Source of the DNA: Cyanobacteriota bacterium
Lineage (GTDB): Bacteria > Cyanobacteriota > Cyanobacteriia > PCC-6307 > Cyanobiaceae
Assembly: GCA_046052125.1 (NCBI GenBank)
Contig: JBJOMY010000002.1
Span: forward strand, 448,001-512,000
Direction of reading: 5' to 3'
Length of the DNA: 64,000 nt
The notes beneath the pieces were generated by a model. That model was not told the origin of the DNA. It made no database searches and saw nothing but the letters and a program-made list of their open reading frames with translations. Positions 40,508-50,570 of the stretch are shown piece by piece (position 1 is the first letter of the stretch; every line of letters begins with the position of its first letter). Both the position numbers and the translations under genes were made by a program.

Positions 40508-40510
40508 CCC

Positions 40511-41293
40511 TCACAGCTGTTGATCGGCACTGCGCTGCACCGCCGCAAGGCCCTGCCAGTCCACGCCGGTGGCGCTGAACCCGTAGCGACAGGGCAGCAC
40601 TTCCACACCGGCATCGAGCGCCTGGCGGAACAGCTCGCCGTAGCGCGGATCGGCACTGTCGCCGGGAGCGAAGCGGCACACATCGGCGCGGCTGAGGCAC
40701 GGCACCAGCACGGCGCGGGCCTCCGGCAGCACTCCCATCAGTTCCTCGAGGTGCTTCTGGCCCCGCTCGGTCACGGTGTCGGGGAACAGCGCCAGATCGC
40801 CATCGCTCCAGGTGGTGTTCTTCACCTCCACGTAGATCGGCCGCGGATCGGCAGCGCCTTCCGCGGGGGTGAGCAGCAGATCAATGCGGCTGCGGCGATT
40901 CACCCCATAAGCCACCTCGGCGCGAATCGAGCCGATTGGGCCCAGCCAGGGCTCCAGGCAACCGGCTTCGATCGTCGCCCGCACCAGCCGGTTGGGGAGT
41001 GCTGTGTTGATACCCACCCACACCGGCTCGCCACTCGCGCCCGGCACCAACGCCTGCTCCCAGGTCCAGGCGAGCTTGCGCGTGGGGGAGGGGGCATGGC
41101 GCAGCCGCACGCGGCCACCCACGTGCAGCACGCCGGTCATCGGCCCTGTGTTGGCGCAATGCGCCGTCACCACCTCACCGCTGTCCAGCTCCACATCGGC
41201 CAGAAAGCGCTTGTAGCGCTTCAGCAGCACGCCCTCCTGCAGCGGCTCCAGCGTCAACACGCGCTGGGCTTCGGGGGGTGAGGCAATCGGCAT
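40511..41293 (-). CDS. sfsA: DNA/RNA nuclease SfsA
   Basis: KRYKRFLADV, AHCANTGPM, SRIDLLL, YVEVKN, FPDTVTERGQKHL. Confidence 0.95.
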   Translation of the reverse strand: MPIASPPEAQRVLTLEPLQEGVLLKRYKRFLADVELDSGEVVTAHCANTGPMTGVLHVGGRVRLRHAPSPTRKLAWTWEQALVPGASGEPVWVGINTALPNRLVRATIEAGCLEPWLGPIGSIRAEVAYGVNRRSRIDLLLTPAEGAADPRPIYVEVKNTTWSDGDLALFPDTVTERGQKHLEELMGVLPEARAVLVPCLSRADVCRFAPGDSADPRYGELFRQALDAGVEVLPCRYGFSATGVDWQGLAAVQRSADQQL

Positions 41294-41349
41294 GACGGCG
41301 ACGCTGTTGCAGGCAAGAATCGCCCGAGTTGGGGCCGTGGCCGCCACTC

Positions 41350-43020
41350 ATGAGCCAGCCATCGAGCGAAGCCTCCAGCGCACCCTCACCGCAACCTGCC
41401 CGCTCGCTGCGCCGCATCGCCTTGATCGTGGCGGTGGCCACCGCCCTCAGCAAACTGGCCGGCCTGGTGCGTCAGCAGGCGATTGCGGCCGCCTTCGGTG
41501 TGGGCGCCGCCTACGACGCTTACAACTACGCCTATGTGCTCCCCGGCTTTTTGCTGATCCTGCTGGGCGGGATCAACGGCCCGTTCCACAGCGCCATGGT
41601 GAGCGCCTTGGCCCGCCGCCCCCGTGAGGAGGGTGCCCATGTGCTGGCGGCGATCAACACGCTGGTGGGGGCGGCGCTGATCGGGGTCACGCTGCTGCTG
41701 TTTGTGGCGGCTGATCCGCTGATTGATCTAGTGGGCCCAGGCCTGGATGCCGAACGCCACGCCATCGCCGTGCTCGAGCTGCGCTGGATGGCGCCGATGG
41801 CCCTGTTCGCCGGCCTGATCGGGCTGGGGTTCGGGGCTCTCAATGCTGCAGACGAGTTCTGGCTGCCCTCGGTGAGTCCGCTGCTCTCCAGCGTGGCGGT
41901 GATCGCCGGCTTGGGGATCCTGTGGCTGCATCTGGGCTCCAACATCGCCCTGCCCCAATACGCCTTCCTCGGCGGAGCGGTGCTGGCGGGCACCACCCTG
42001 CTTGGGGCCGTGTTCCAGTGGCTGATTCAGCTACCGGCCCTGGCCCGGCAGGGCTTGCACAAGTTTCAGCTGGTTTGGGATTGGAAGCACCCCGGCGTGC
42101 AGGAGGTGCTGCGGGTGATGGGGCCGGCCACCCTCTCCTCGGGCATGTTGCAGATCAACGTGTTCACCGATCTGTTTTTTGCCTCCGGGATCGTGGGGGC
42201 GGCCGCCGGATTGGGGTACGCCAACCTGCTGGTGCAGACGCCCCTTGGCCTGCTCTCCAATGCGTTGTTGGTGCCGCTGCTGCCCCTGTATGCGCGGCTC
42301 ACGGCGCCCCAGGATCGCCCGGAGCTGATCAGTCGGATCCGCCAGGGCTTGATGCTCTCCAACGCTTCGATGCTGCCGTTGGGGGCCTTGATGGTGGCGT
42401 TGGCTGGCCCGATCGTGGCGCTGATCTACGAGCGGGGTGCCTTCAATGCCAGTGCCGCTGCCCTGGTGGGTGGCTTGTTGATGGCCTACGGCGTGGGCAT
42501 GCCCGCCTACCTCGGCCGGGATGTGCTCGTGCGGGTGTTCTATGCCCTGGGTGATGGCACCACCCCCTTCCGCTTCTCCATGGCGGGGATCGGCTTGAAC
42601 GCCCTGTTTGATTGGGTGCTCGTGGGTGGTCCCACGCCCTGGGGGCTGCAGGTGCCGGCTCTCAATTTCGGTGCACCGGGGCTGGTGCTGGCCACCGTGG
42701 CGGTGAATGTGATCACCTGCCTGGGGCTGTTGCTCGCACTGCAGAACAGGCTGGGTGGACTGCCCCTCGCCGCCTGGGGCCGCGACAGTCTCTGGCTGCT
42801 GCTGGCGGCGGTGCTCGCAGGTGGCCTCAGCTACGGCCTCTCGGCGCTGATTGCCTGGCCCACCCACCTGATCGGCTTGCTCTTGCAATGCGGCATTTGC
42901 GCCGCTGCCGGATTGCTGCTTTATGGCCTTGTGGCCAACTGGGCCGGGGTGGCGGAGGCCACGCAGATCAGCCGCCAGCTGGGCGGGCAGCTCACGCGGC
43001 GCTTGCCGTTTAGTCGCTGA
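41350..43020 (+). CDS. murJ: Lipid II flippase MurJ/MviN
   Basis: SKLAGLVRQ..IAAAFGVG..YDAY, GGINGPFHSA, YERGAF, RVFYALGD. Confidence 0.94.
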   Translation: MSQPSSEASSAPSPQPARSLRRIALIVAVATALSKLAGLVRQQAIAAAFGVGAAYDAYNYAYVLPGFLLILLGGINGPFHSAMVSALARRPREEGAHVLAAINTLVGAALIGVTLLLFVAADPLIDLVGPGLDAERHAIAVLELRWMAPMALFAGLIGLGFGALNAADEFWLPSVSPLLSSVAVIAGLGILWLHLGSNIALPQYAFLGGAVLAGTTLLGAVFQWLIQLPALARQGLHKFQLVWDWKHPGVQEVLRVMGPATLSSGMLQINVFTDLFFASGIVGAAAGLGYANLLVQTPLGLLSNALLVPLLPLYARLTAPQDRPELISRIRQGLMLSNASMLPLGALMVALAGPIVALIYERGAFNASAAALVGGLLMAYGVGMPAYLGRDVLVRVFYALGDGTTPFRFSMAGIGLNALFDWVLVGGPTPWGLQVPALNFGAPGLVLATVAVNVITCLGLLLALQNRLGGLPLAAWGRDSLWLLLAAVLAGGLSYGLSALIAWPTHLIGLLLQCGICAAAGLLLYGLVANWAGVAEATQISRQLGGQLTRRLPFSR

Positions 43021-43023
43021 GCC

Positions 43024-43278
43024 TCAGAGCTCCACCACGCGCTCTTCGCGCACGTGGATCGGCACTTCCAGGTGGCTGCGCCCCACCATCGCTGGACCGT
43101 CAACTGAATAGATGCGCGCCTCGATGCCGAAATCGCGGAACGCGGTTTCCATCTCCTGCATCAGCGCCTTTTCCACCTGCGCTTCGGCGTCCACCACCTT
43201 GCCGATCAGGCGGCTGCCCAGGGGGCCGATGCGCTGGCGAACAACCTCTCGGGCGTTGGTGACCTCGATGACCAGCAC
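43024..43278 (-). CDS. Small hypothetical protein
   Basis: 84-aa ORF with coding-like codon bias in tight minus-strand run. Confidence 0.65.
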   Translation of the reverse strand: MLVIEVTNAREVVRQRIGPLGSRLIGKVVDAEAQVEKALMQEMETAFRDFGIEARIYSVDGPAMVGRSHLEVPIHVREERVVEL

Positions 43279-43302
43279 AGGGCCGCAGCGGGATGCGCAA
43301 CC

Positions 43303-43590
43303 CTAGCCGTGGTTCGCGAGCAGATCCTCGAGATCCTGCAGCTGACCAGCCGGCACGAGCCGTGCCAGCGGCAACTTGCTGCTGCCTCCGCCGATGGGCA
43401 CCTGCACCGCTTCAAGCGCCTGGCGTGCACACACCCCGGCGCCCTGATCGAGCCTGGCGGCGCATTCAATCGCCAGGGCCTCGGCTACGCCGGCATCCCC
43501 GAGGTACAGATGCCAGCCGCCGATCTGGATGTAGAGCCGGTCGGCGATCTCCAGTTGCAGATCGCGGATCTCGCTGGCGGAGAGGGGCAT
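43303..43590 (-). CDS. DUF3181-like protein
   Basis: IADRLYIQIGGWHLYLGDA...VPIGGG..KLPL. Confidence 0.78.
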   Translation of the reverse strand: MPLSASEIRDLQLEIADRLYIQIGGWHLYLGDAGVAEALAIECAARLDQGAGVCARQALEAVQVPIGGGSSKLPLARLVPAGQLQDLEDLLANHG

Positions 43591-43612
43591 CGCGGCGATG
43601 ACTGAGCTGCCC

Positions 43613-43852
43613 TCAGGATGGCGTCTGCGGCCGCCTGGCGACCACGCTGATCAGCTGCACCAGCAGCAGCAGCGCCCAGGCTTCCGTGAGCCAGGCCAGA
43701 TGCGCCCAGGGGTGGCGCATGTTCTGCACGAACCACAGGCCGCTATTCAGCGCTCCAAACACCATCGCGTGCAGCACCAGATTCACGATCCGGTTGAAGT
43801 GCCGGTAGGTGGGGTCTTCGGGGTCGGCGGGTCCGTACCAGCGGATCGGCAT
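43613..43852 (-). CDS. Small two-TM membrane protein
   Basis: [18 protein letters not shown]...[17 protein letters not shown]; two hydrophobic helices. Confidence 0.7.
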   Translation of the reverse strand: MPIRWYGPADPEDPTYRHFNRIVNLVLHAMVFGALNSGLWFVQNMRHPWAHLAWLTEAWALLLLVQLISVVARRPQTPS

Positions 43853-43920
43853 CGGGGGGTGGCGAGAGGTTTGTTGACGGGTGGGCCCTCGGTATGGGCA
43901 CAATGTCAGGGCAGGCGCAG

Positions 43921-43994
43921 GCGCTTGTAGCTCAGCGGATTAGAGCATCTGACTACGGATCAGAGGGTCGGGAGTTCGAATCTCTCCAGGCGCG
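43921..43994 (+). tRNA. tRNA-Arg(ACG)
   Basis: GCGCTTGTAGCTCAGCGGATTAGAGCA-TCTGA-CTACGGA-TCAGA-GGGTC-GGGAGTTCGAATCTCTC-CAGGCGCG. Confidence 0.96.
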
Positions 43995-44006
43995 CCTTTC
44001 AACTTC

Positions 44007-44032
44007 AAACCGCCCCCCGGGGCGGTTTTTTT
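44007..44032 (+). terminator. Rho-independent terminator after tRNA-Arg
   Basis: AAACCGCCC-cccg-GGGCGG-TTTTTTT. Confidence 0.88.
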
Positions 44033-44124
44033 GTGCTGATCCTCAGGCCGCGGTCCTAGGGGCGCGCTCGGGATTCACTGCTGCGGTTTCTTACGATCAG
44101 GCCATCTCGACACCTCGATCTGCC

Positions 44125-45414
44125 ATGGCGGAGTCCACCGGAGCAGCCGTCAACCAGTCGCTGGCGGCCGGTGATCCCGCGATCGCAGCCCTGATTGGCA
44201 AGGAACTGCAGCGTCAGCAGACACACCTGGAGCTGATTGCTTCCGAGAACTTCGCTTCCCGGGCTGTGATGGAGGCCCAGGGCTCGGTGCTCACTAACAA
44301 ATACGCCGAAGGTTTGCCGTCGAAGCGCTACTACGGCGGCTGCGAGCACGTGGATGCGATCGAGGGGCTGGCGATCGAGCGCGCCAAGGAGCTCTTCGGT
44401 GCTGCTTGGGCCAACGTGCAGCCCCACAGCGGCGCCCAGGCCAATTTCGCTGTGTTCCTGGCGCTGCTCCAGCCCGGCGACACGATCATGGGCATGGACC
44501 TCAGTCACGGCGGTCACCTCACCCACGGATCGCCCGTGAACGTGAGCGGCAAGTGGTTCAAGGTGGTGCAGTACGGAGTGGATGAAGCCACCCAGCAGCT
44601 CAACTTCGACACCATTCGGCAGCTGGCGCTGGAGCACAAGCCGAAGCTGATCGTTTGCGGCTACTCCGCCTACCCCCGCACCATCAACTTCGAGGCCTTC
44701 CGCGCCATTGCTGATGAGGTGGGTGCCTATCTGCTGGCCGATATGGCCCACATCGCCGGACTGGTAGCCGCCGGCGTGCACCCCAATCCCGTGCCCGTCT
44801 GCGACGTGGTGACCACCACCACCCACAAAACCCTGCGCGGCCCCCGCGGTGGTCTGATCCTCTGCCGCGATGCCGACTTCGCCAAGCAGTTCGATAAGGC
44901 TGTGTTCCCTGGCAGCCAGGGCGGCCCGCTGGAGCATGTGATCGCCGCTAAGGCGGTGGCCTTCGGTGAGGCCCTGCAGCCGAGCTTCAAGGCCTACGCC
45001 CAGCAGGTGGTGGCGAATGCCCAGGCTTTGGCCGCCCGCATTCAGGAGCGCGGTATCGATGTGGTGAGCGGCGGCACCGACAACCACCTAGTGCTGCTTG
45101 ATCTGCGCGGCATCGGCATGACCGGCAAGGTGGCCGATCTGCTGGTGAGCGATGTGCACATCACCGCCAACAAGAACACCGTGCCCTTTGATCCCCAGTC
45201 GCCCTTCGTGACCAGCGGCCTGCGTTTGGGCACCGCTGCCTGCACCACCCGTGGCTTCGATGAAGCCGCCTTCCGCGAGGTGGCCGATGTGATCGCTGAT
45301 CGCCTGCTCAATCCTGAGGATGCAGCGATCGAGCAGCGCTGCCGTGACCGTGTGGCGGCCCTCTGCGAGCGCTTCCCGCTCTACGCGGAAGCCCGCGAGC
45401 TGCAGCCCGCTTGA
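44125..45414 (+). CDS. glyA: Serine hydroxymethyltransferase
   Basis: [39 protein letters not shown]. Confidence 0.98.
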   Translation: MAESTGAAVNQSLAAGDPAIAALIGKELQRQQTHLELIASENFASRAVMEAQGSVLTNKYAEGLPSKRYYGGCEHVDAIEGLAIERAKELFGAAWANVQPHSGAQANFAVFLALLQPGDTIMGMDLSHGGHLTHGSPVNVSGKWFKVVQYGVDEATQQLNFDTIRQLALEHKPKLIVCGYSAYPRTINFEAFRAIADEVGAYLLADMAHIAGLVAAGVHPNPVPVCDVVTTTTHKTLRGPRGGLILCRDADFAKQFDKAVFPGSQGGPLEHVIAAKAVAFGEALQPSFKAYAQQVVANAQALAARIQERGIDVVSGGTDNHLVLLDLRGIGMTGKVADLLVSDVHITANKNTVPFDPQSPFVTSGLRLGTAACTTRGFDEAAFREVADVIADRLLNPEDAAIEQRCRDRVAALCERFPLYAEARELQPA

Positions 45415-45523
45415 ACGACTGGCCCGAAAGGGCTCGTTCGTTATCGCCGAGGCGCCAGGCCCTGCTTAAGCTTCGGCCGGCAGGGCCCATCTGGGCCTCG
45501 ATCCCGACCGTGCACCGTCCCCG

Positions 45524-46621
45524 ATGATCTCCAGCCGGCCGGATCTCGCCGCTGTTCTGGCATTCGGGATGGCAGCGCTGTTCACGGCGTTGTTGGTGCC
45601 GATGGTGCGCCGCGCTGGCTTGCGCTGGGGACTGATCGATCAGCCCGATCCGCGCAAGCAGCACACCACCCCGATGGTGCGCCTGGGCGGTGTGGGCATC
45701 GTCACGGGCTTTGTGTTGGCCCTGGCCCTGATTTGGTTGCTGGGTGGCTTCGTGGAGCTGGCGCCCCAGCGCGACAGTCAGATCTGGACGACCATCGCCG
45801 GGGCGCTCTGCTTTTTTGTGATCGGCCTAGCCGACGATCTCTTTGCCCTGCCGCCGCTACCCCGTTTGGCCGGTCAGGTGCTGGTGGCCATGGCGGTGTG
45901 GAGCCAGGGCGTGCAGATCGGTGCGATCGATCTTCCGTTTCATCTGTTGGGGAGCCCGGCCGGTGCCATTGAGCTCCCGGAGGGCTTGAGCCTGCTGGCC
46001 ACGGTGATCTGGCTGGTGGGCATCACCAATGCGATCAACTGGTTGGATGGCCTGGATGGTCTGGCGGCCGGCGTGAGCGGCATTGCCGCCGTGGGCCTGC
46101 TCTCGGTGAGCTACAGCCTTAATCAACCCGCCCCGGGATTGCTTGCTGCCGCGCTGGCGGGCAGCTGCCTGGGTTTCCTGCGCCACAACTTCAATCCCGC
46201 CCGCATCTTCATGGGTGATGGCGGGTCTTATTTCCTGGGCTTTGCCCTGGCTTCAATCAGCATCGTGGGGCCGGCAAAGGGCCTCACCAGCGTCAGCCTG
46301 CTGTTGCCGCTCCTGATCCTGTCGTTGCCGCTGGCCGATATGTCGGCCGTGATCATGGGCCGCGTCAGCGAGGGGCATTCGCCCTTCTATCCCGACCGGC
46401 GCCATCTGCATCACCGCCTGCTGCGGGCGGGTTTCAGCCATCGCCGCACCGTCGTCCTGATCTACGCCTTCACCCAGTGGCTGGCGGCACTGGCTCTGGT
46501 GTTGGCCAATGCCGAGCTGCGCTTTCTCTGGCTGGCCCTGGCCACAGCGGTGCTGATCGCCACGGTGATCGCCGCGCGCCGCAGCCTCAATCGCGAACAG
46601 CTGGCCGGGGATGACGGCTGA
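45524..46621 (+). CDS. MraY/WecA-family polyprenyl-phosphate GlcNAc-1-P transferase
   Basis: [46 protein letters not shown]. Confidence 0.92.
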   Translation: MISSRPDLAAVLAFGMAALFTALLVPMVRRAGLRWGLIDQPDPRKQHTTPMVRLGGVGIVTGFVLALALIWLLGGFVELAPQRDSQIWTTIAGALCFFVIGLADDLFALPPLPRLAGQVLVAMAVWSQGVQIGAIDLPFHLLGSPAGAIELPEGLSLLATVIWLVGITNAINWLDGLDGLAAGVSGIAAVGLLSVSYSLNQPAPGLLAAALAGSCLGFLRHNFNPARIFMGDGGSYFLGFALASISIVGPAKGLTSVSLLLPLLILSLPLADMSAVIMGRVSEGHSPFYPDRRHLHHRLLRAGFSHRRTVVLIYAFTQWLAALALVLANAELRFLWLALATAVLIATVIAARRSLNREQLAGDDG

Positions 46622-47852
46622 AATCCTCTGCATTGGTACTGAGCTTCTGCTCGGCAACATCACCAATGGCAACGCCCGCTGGATCGCTGAGCAGCTCGCT
46701 GCCCTGGGCGTGCCCCACCACCGCCAGGCGGTGGTGGGCGACAACCGCGAGCGTTTGATCGCTGAAGTGAGGGCCGCCTCAGAGCGGTGCCGCGTGCTGA
46801 TCACCACCGGGGGCCTCGGCCCCACCCCCGACGACCTCACCACCGAAGCCATCGCTGCGGCCTTTGCGACGCCTCTGGTTGAGCATCCTCAGGTGTGGGC
46901 TGACATTCAGGCGCGTCTGGCGGCCCGCGGCCGGCCCTGTGCCGCCAGCAACCGTCGCCAGGCCTATCTACCCGAGGGGGCAGCGCTGCTCCCCAACCCC
47001 ACGGGTACCGCACCGGGCATGATCTGGAGCCCTCGGCCTGGCTTCACGATCCTCACCTTCCCTGGGGTGCCGAGTGAGATGCGCGCGATGTGGCAGGCCA
47101 CAGCCGCTCCCTGGCTGAAGGACGCGGGACTGGCGGACGGGGTGTTCGCCAGCCGGATGCTGCATTTCTGGGGCGTTGGCGAATCCAACCTTGCCGAGCA
47201 GATGGCGGATCTGCTGGACGCTGCCAACCCCACCGTGGCTCCCTACGCAGGCTCCGGTGAGGTGAAGTTGCGCCTCACCGCCAGGGCCGCCTCGGCTGAT
47301 CTGGCTGAAGCGTTGCTCGAGCCTGTGGAGGCCGAGATCCGCGCCCGCACCGGTGCGCTTTGCTTCGGCGTTGACGACGACAGCCTGGCCTCCGTGGTGC
47401 TGGAGCTGCTGCGCCAGCGGGGGCAGACCCTGGCGGTGGCGGAGAGCTGCACGGGCGGTGGCCTCGGGGCTGCATTGGCAGCTGTGCCCGGAGCTTCGGA
47501 TGTGTTTCTTGGCGGTGTGATCGCCTATGCCAATGCCGTGAAACAAGCGGTTTTGGGTGTTCCTCCTGAGCTGCTGGAGGCTCACGGCGCCGTGAGTGAT
47601 CCGGTGGCGCAGGCGATGGCCCAGGGGGCTCGCCGTGCCACTGGCGCCGACTGGGCCCTGGCGATCACGGGCGTGGCTGGCCCCGGTGGCGGCACAGACC
47701 AGAAGCCTGTGGGTCTGGTGCACATCGCGCTGGCGGGGCCTGATCGATGCGTGAGCGAAGGTGTTCGCTTTGGATCCAGCCGTGGCCGCAGCTGGATCCA
47801 GACCCTCAGCGCTGGTGAGGCGCTGAACCGTTTGCGGCTGGCCTTGCTCTGA
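46611..47852 (+). CDS. cinA: CinA (MoCF domain plus NMN deamidase)
   Basis: [39 protein letters not shown]. Confidence 0.93.
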   Translation: MTAEILCIGTELLLGNITNGNARWIAEQLAALGVPHHRQAVVGDNRERLIAEVRAASERCRVLITTGGLGPTPDDLTTEAIAAAFATPLVEHPQVWADIQARLAARGRPCAASNRRQAYLPEGAALLPNPTGTAPGMIWSPRPGFTILTFPGVPSEMRAMWQATAAPWLKDAGLADGVFASRMLHFWGVGESNLAEQMADLLDAANPTVAPYAGSGEVKLRLTARAASADLAEALLEPVEAEIRARTGALCFGVDDDSLASVVLELLRQRGQTLAVAESCTGGGLGAALAAVPGASDVFLGGVIAYANAVKQAVLGVPPELLEAHGAVSDPVAQAMAQGARRATGADWALAITGVAGPGGGTDQKPVGLVHIALAGPDRCVSEGVRFGSSRGRSWIQTLSAGEALNRLRLALL

Positions 47853-47906
47853 CCCTTTAGACGCCTGCGGTTTTTTAGGGTGGCGGATTCTGATCGCCGC
47901 ATCGCC

Positions 47907-49316
47907 GTGAGCTCCGGCACCCTTTACGACAAGGTCTGGGATCTGCATCAGGTGGCCCAGCTGCCCGGGGGTGCCACCCAGCTGTTCATCGGCCTGCACC
48001 TGATCCACGAGGTGACCAGCCCGCAGGCCTTTGCTGGTCTCAAGGATCTGGGCCTGAGCGTGCGCCATCCAGAGCGCACCGTGGCCACCGTGGATCACAT
48101 CGTGCCCACCACCAGCCAGGCGCGCCCCTTCGCCGATCCGCTGGCCGAGGAGATGCTGGCCACGCTCGAGGCCAACTGCGCCGAACACGGCATCACTCTG
48201 CATGGCATCGGCAGCGGCCGCCAGGGAATCGTGCATGTGATCGCGCCTGAGCTGGGCCTCACCCAGCCGGGCATGACCGTCGCCTGCGGCGATTCCCATA
48301 CCTCCACCCACGGCGCTTTCGGTGCGATCGCCTTCGGCATCGGCACCAGCCAGGTGCGTGATGTGCTCGCCAGCCAGAGCCTGGCGATGGGCAAGCTCAA
48401 GGTGCGCCGCATCTGGGTGGACGGCCAGCTGCAGAGCGGCGTGTACGCCAAGGATCTGGTGCTGCATGTGATCCGCAGCCTCGGCGTGAAGGGCGGTGTG
48501 GGCTATGCCTACGAATTCGCCGGCCCGGCCATCGCTGCGCTCTCCATGGAAGAGCGCATGACCCTCTGCAACATGGCGATCGAGGGCGGCGCTCGCTGCG
48601 GCTACGTGAACCCCGATCAGGTCACGTTCGATTACCTCAACGGCAGGCCCTTCGCTCCCAGTGGTGCCGCCTGGGATCAAGCCGTGGCCTGGTGGAGCAG
48701 CCTCGCCACCGGCGCCGATGCGCTGTTCGACGACGAGGTGCGCTTCGATGCCGCCAGCATCGCGCCCACGATCACCTGGGGCATCACTCCCGGCCAGGGC
48801 ATTGGCGTGGATGAAACCGTGCCCACCCTGGAGCAAACCGAGCCGGACGAGCGGCCGCTGGCGGAGGAGGCCTACCGCTATATGGACCTCCAGCCCGGTG
48901 CGCCGATCGCCGGCACTCCTGTGGATGTGTGCTTCATCGGCAGCTGCACCAATGGGCGCCTGAGCGATCTACAGGCGGCGGCGGCTGTGGCGAAAGGCCG
49001 CAAGGTCGCGCCTGGTATCAAGGCGTTTGTGGTGCCCGGCAGCGAGCAGGTGGCCGCAGCCGCCGAGGCTGAAGGCCTCGACAAAGTGTTCGTGGAGGCT
49101 GGCTTTGAGTGGCGTGAGCCTGGGTGCTCGATGTGTCTGGCGATGAATCCTGATCGGCTCGAGGGCCGGCAGATCAGCGCCAGCTCCAGCAACCGCAACT
49201 TCAAGGGTCGTCAGGGTTCCGCCAGTGGCCGCACCCTGCTGATGAGCCCGGCGATGGTGGCTGCGGCGGCCATCAACGGCCGTGTCAGCGATGTGCGCGA
49301 GCTACTCAACGCCTGA
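47907..49316 (+). CDS. leuC: 3-isopropylmalate dehydratase large subunit
   Basis: [49 protein letters not shown]. Confidence 0.97.
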   Translation: MSSGTLYDKVWDLHQVAQLPGGATQLFIGLHLIHEVTSPQAFAGLKDLGLSVRHPERTVATVDHIVPTTSQARPFADPLAEEMLATLEANCAEHGITLHGIGSGRQGIVHVIAPELGLTQPGMTVACGDSHTSTHGAFGAIAFGIGTSQVRDVLASQSLAMGKLKVRRIWVDGQLQSGVYAKDLVLHVIRSLGVKGGVGYAYEFAGPAIAALSMEERMTLCNMAIEGGARCGYVNPDQVTFDYLNGRPFAPSGAAWDQAVAWWSSLATGADALFDDEVRFDAASIAPTITWGITPGQGIGVDETVPTLEQTEPDERPLAEEAYRYMDLQPGAPIAGTPVDVCFIGSCTNGRLSDLQAAAAVAKGRKVAPGIKAFVVPGSEQVAAAAEAEGLDKVFVEAGFEWREPGCSMCLAMNPDRLEGRQISASSSNRNFKGRQGSASGRTLLMSPAMVAAAAINGRVSDVRELLNA

Positions 49317-49369
49317 TCCAAAGCGCGTTCTCCTTAATCCGCCCCACCGCCGCTGCCCCGTCTCCGTTC

Positions 49370-50005
49370 ATGACCAGCACAGCCCCCTTCCCCTCCGGCC
49401 CGATCACCGGCGTCAGCGGCACCACCGTGGTGGTGCGCGGCGATGACATCGACACCGACCGGATCATCCCGGCACGGTTCCTCAAGTGCGTCACCTTTGA
49501 CGCTCTTGGCCCGGCCGCCTTCGCTGACGATCGCGCCGAGCTGGCGGGCAGCCCGTCTGGTCTCCACCCGTTTGATCGCCCGGAGCACCAGGGTGCGTCG
49601 ATCCTGCTGGTGAATCGCAACTTCGGTTGTGGCTCCAGCCGTGAGCATGCCCCCCAGGCGCTGATGCGCTGGGGAATCCGAGCCGTGGTGGGCGAGAGCT
49701 TCGCTGAGATCTTCTACGGCAACTGCCTGGCGCTCGGCATCCCTTGCCTCACGGCAGACCACGACACCATGCTCGCCATTCAGGAGGCGGCTGAGGCTGA
49801 TCCGGCGCGTTCCTTCAGCGTGGATGTGGCTGGAGCCACTCTCCGTGCAGGTGTGCAGACCTGGCCTTTGGAGTTGCAGCAGGGCCCGCGCCAGATGCTG
49901 GCCACCGGTCAGTGGGATGCCACCGGGCAACTGCTGGCCAATGGGGATGCACTGGTGGCCACCGTTCAACGGCTGCCGTATCTGAGCGGCTTCCAGGCGG
50001 CCTGA
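49370..50005 (+). CDS. leuD: 3-isopropylmalate dehydratase small subunit
   Basis: DIDTDRIIPARFL, NFGCGSSREHAPQAL, SFAEIFYGNC. Confidence 0.96.
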   Translation: MTSTAPFPSGPITGVSGTTVVVRGDDIDTDRIIPARFLKCVTFDALGPAAFADDRAELAGSPSGLHPFDRPEHQGASILLVNRNFGCGSSREHAPQALMRWGIRAVVGESFAEIFYGNCLALGIPCLTADHDTMLAIQEAAEADPARSFSVDVAGATLRAGVQTWPLELQQGPRQMLATGQWDATGQLLANGDALVATVQRLPYLSGFQAA

Positions 50006-50078
50006 GCCTGCCCGGGCTTGCGCTCGTGGCGACCACTCGCTGAAGTGTCTATCAAGGAGAGAGGACGGTTCATGGCCG

Positions 50079-50570
50079 ATGCGCTCCCCTCTCTCCGCCC
50101 AGCCCCTGCTCGCCGCGCTGCTCCTGGCTGGTTCTGCGGCGGTGCAGGCTGCTGAACCCATCGCTGTTCAGCCCTATGGCACGGCTGCAGCGCCATGGAC
50201 CCAGTGCAGGGGATGCGATCTGCGTGGTGCCGATCTGAGCGGCCTGCTGCTCAATGGCATGGATCTACGCGATGCGGATCTGCGTGGTGCCGATCTGCGC
50301 GGCAGCAACCTGGAGGGAGCTGATCTCAGCGGCGCGGATCTTCGCGGTGCCCGCTTGCAGGACAGCTGGCTCAGCAATGCCGATCTGAGCGAGGCCGATC
50401 TTCGCCAGGCCAATCTCCAGGACGCGGTGTTGATTCAGGCCCTCACCCCAGGCGCACAGATCGAGGGGGCCGTCTTGGTGGGCGCTGATTTCACCGGTAG
50501 TGATCTGATGATCGGTGGGGAGGACGTGGGCCCTGATCCCCTGCCGCCCCTGGAGATCCAGCGGCGTTAG
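50079..50570 (+). CDS. Secreted pentapeptide repeat protein
   Basis: Signal peptide, CRGCDL, tandem A(D/N)Lxx repeats. Confidence 0.9.
   Translation: MRSPLSAQPLLAALLLAGSAAVQAAEPIAVQPYGTAAAPWTQCRGCDLRGADLSGLLLNGMDLRDADLRGADLRGSNLEGADLSGADLRGARLQDSWLSNADLSEADLRQANLQDAVLIQALTPGAQIEGAVLVGADFTGSDLMIGGEDVGPDPLPPLEIQRR

Noticed and set aside
43921..44125. tRNA-Arg and tRNA-CAT as island integration sites
   Set aside because: No integrase and no duplicated tRNA 3' ends; flanked by housekeeping genes
50200..50420. Tandem 15-bp-period repeats (GCCGATCTG...) as a CRISPR or DNA repeat
   Set aside because: Explained by pentapeptide repeat coding; no spacers
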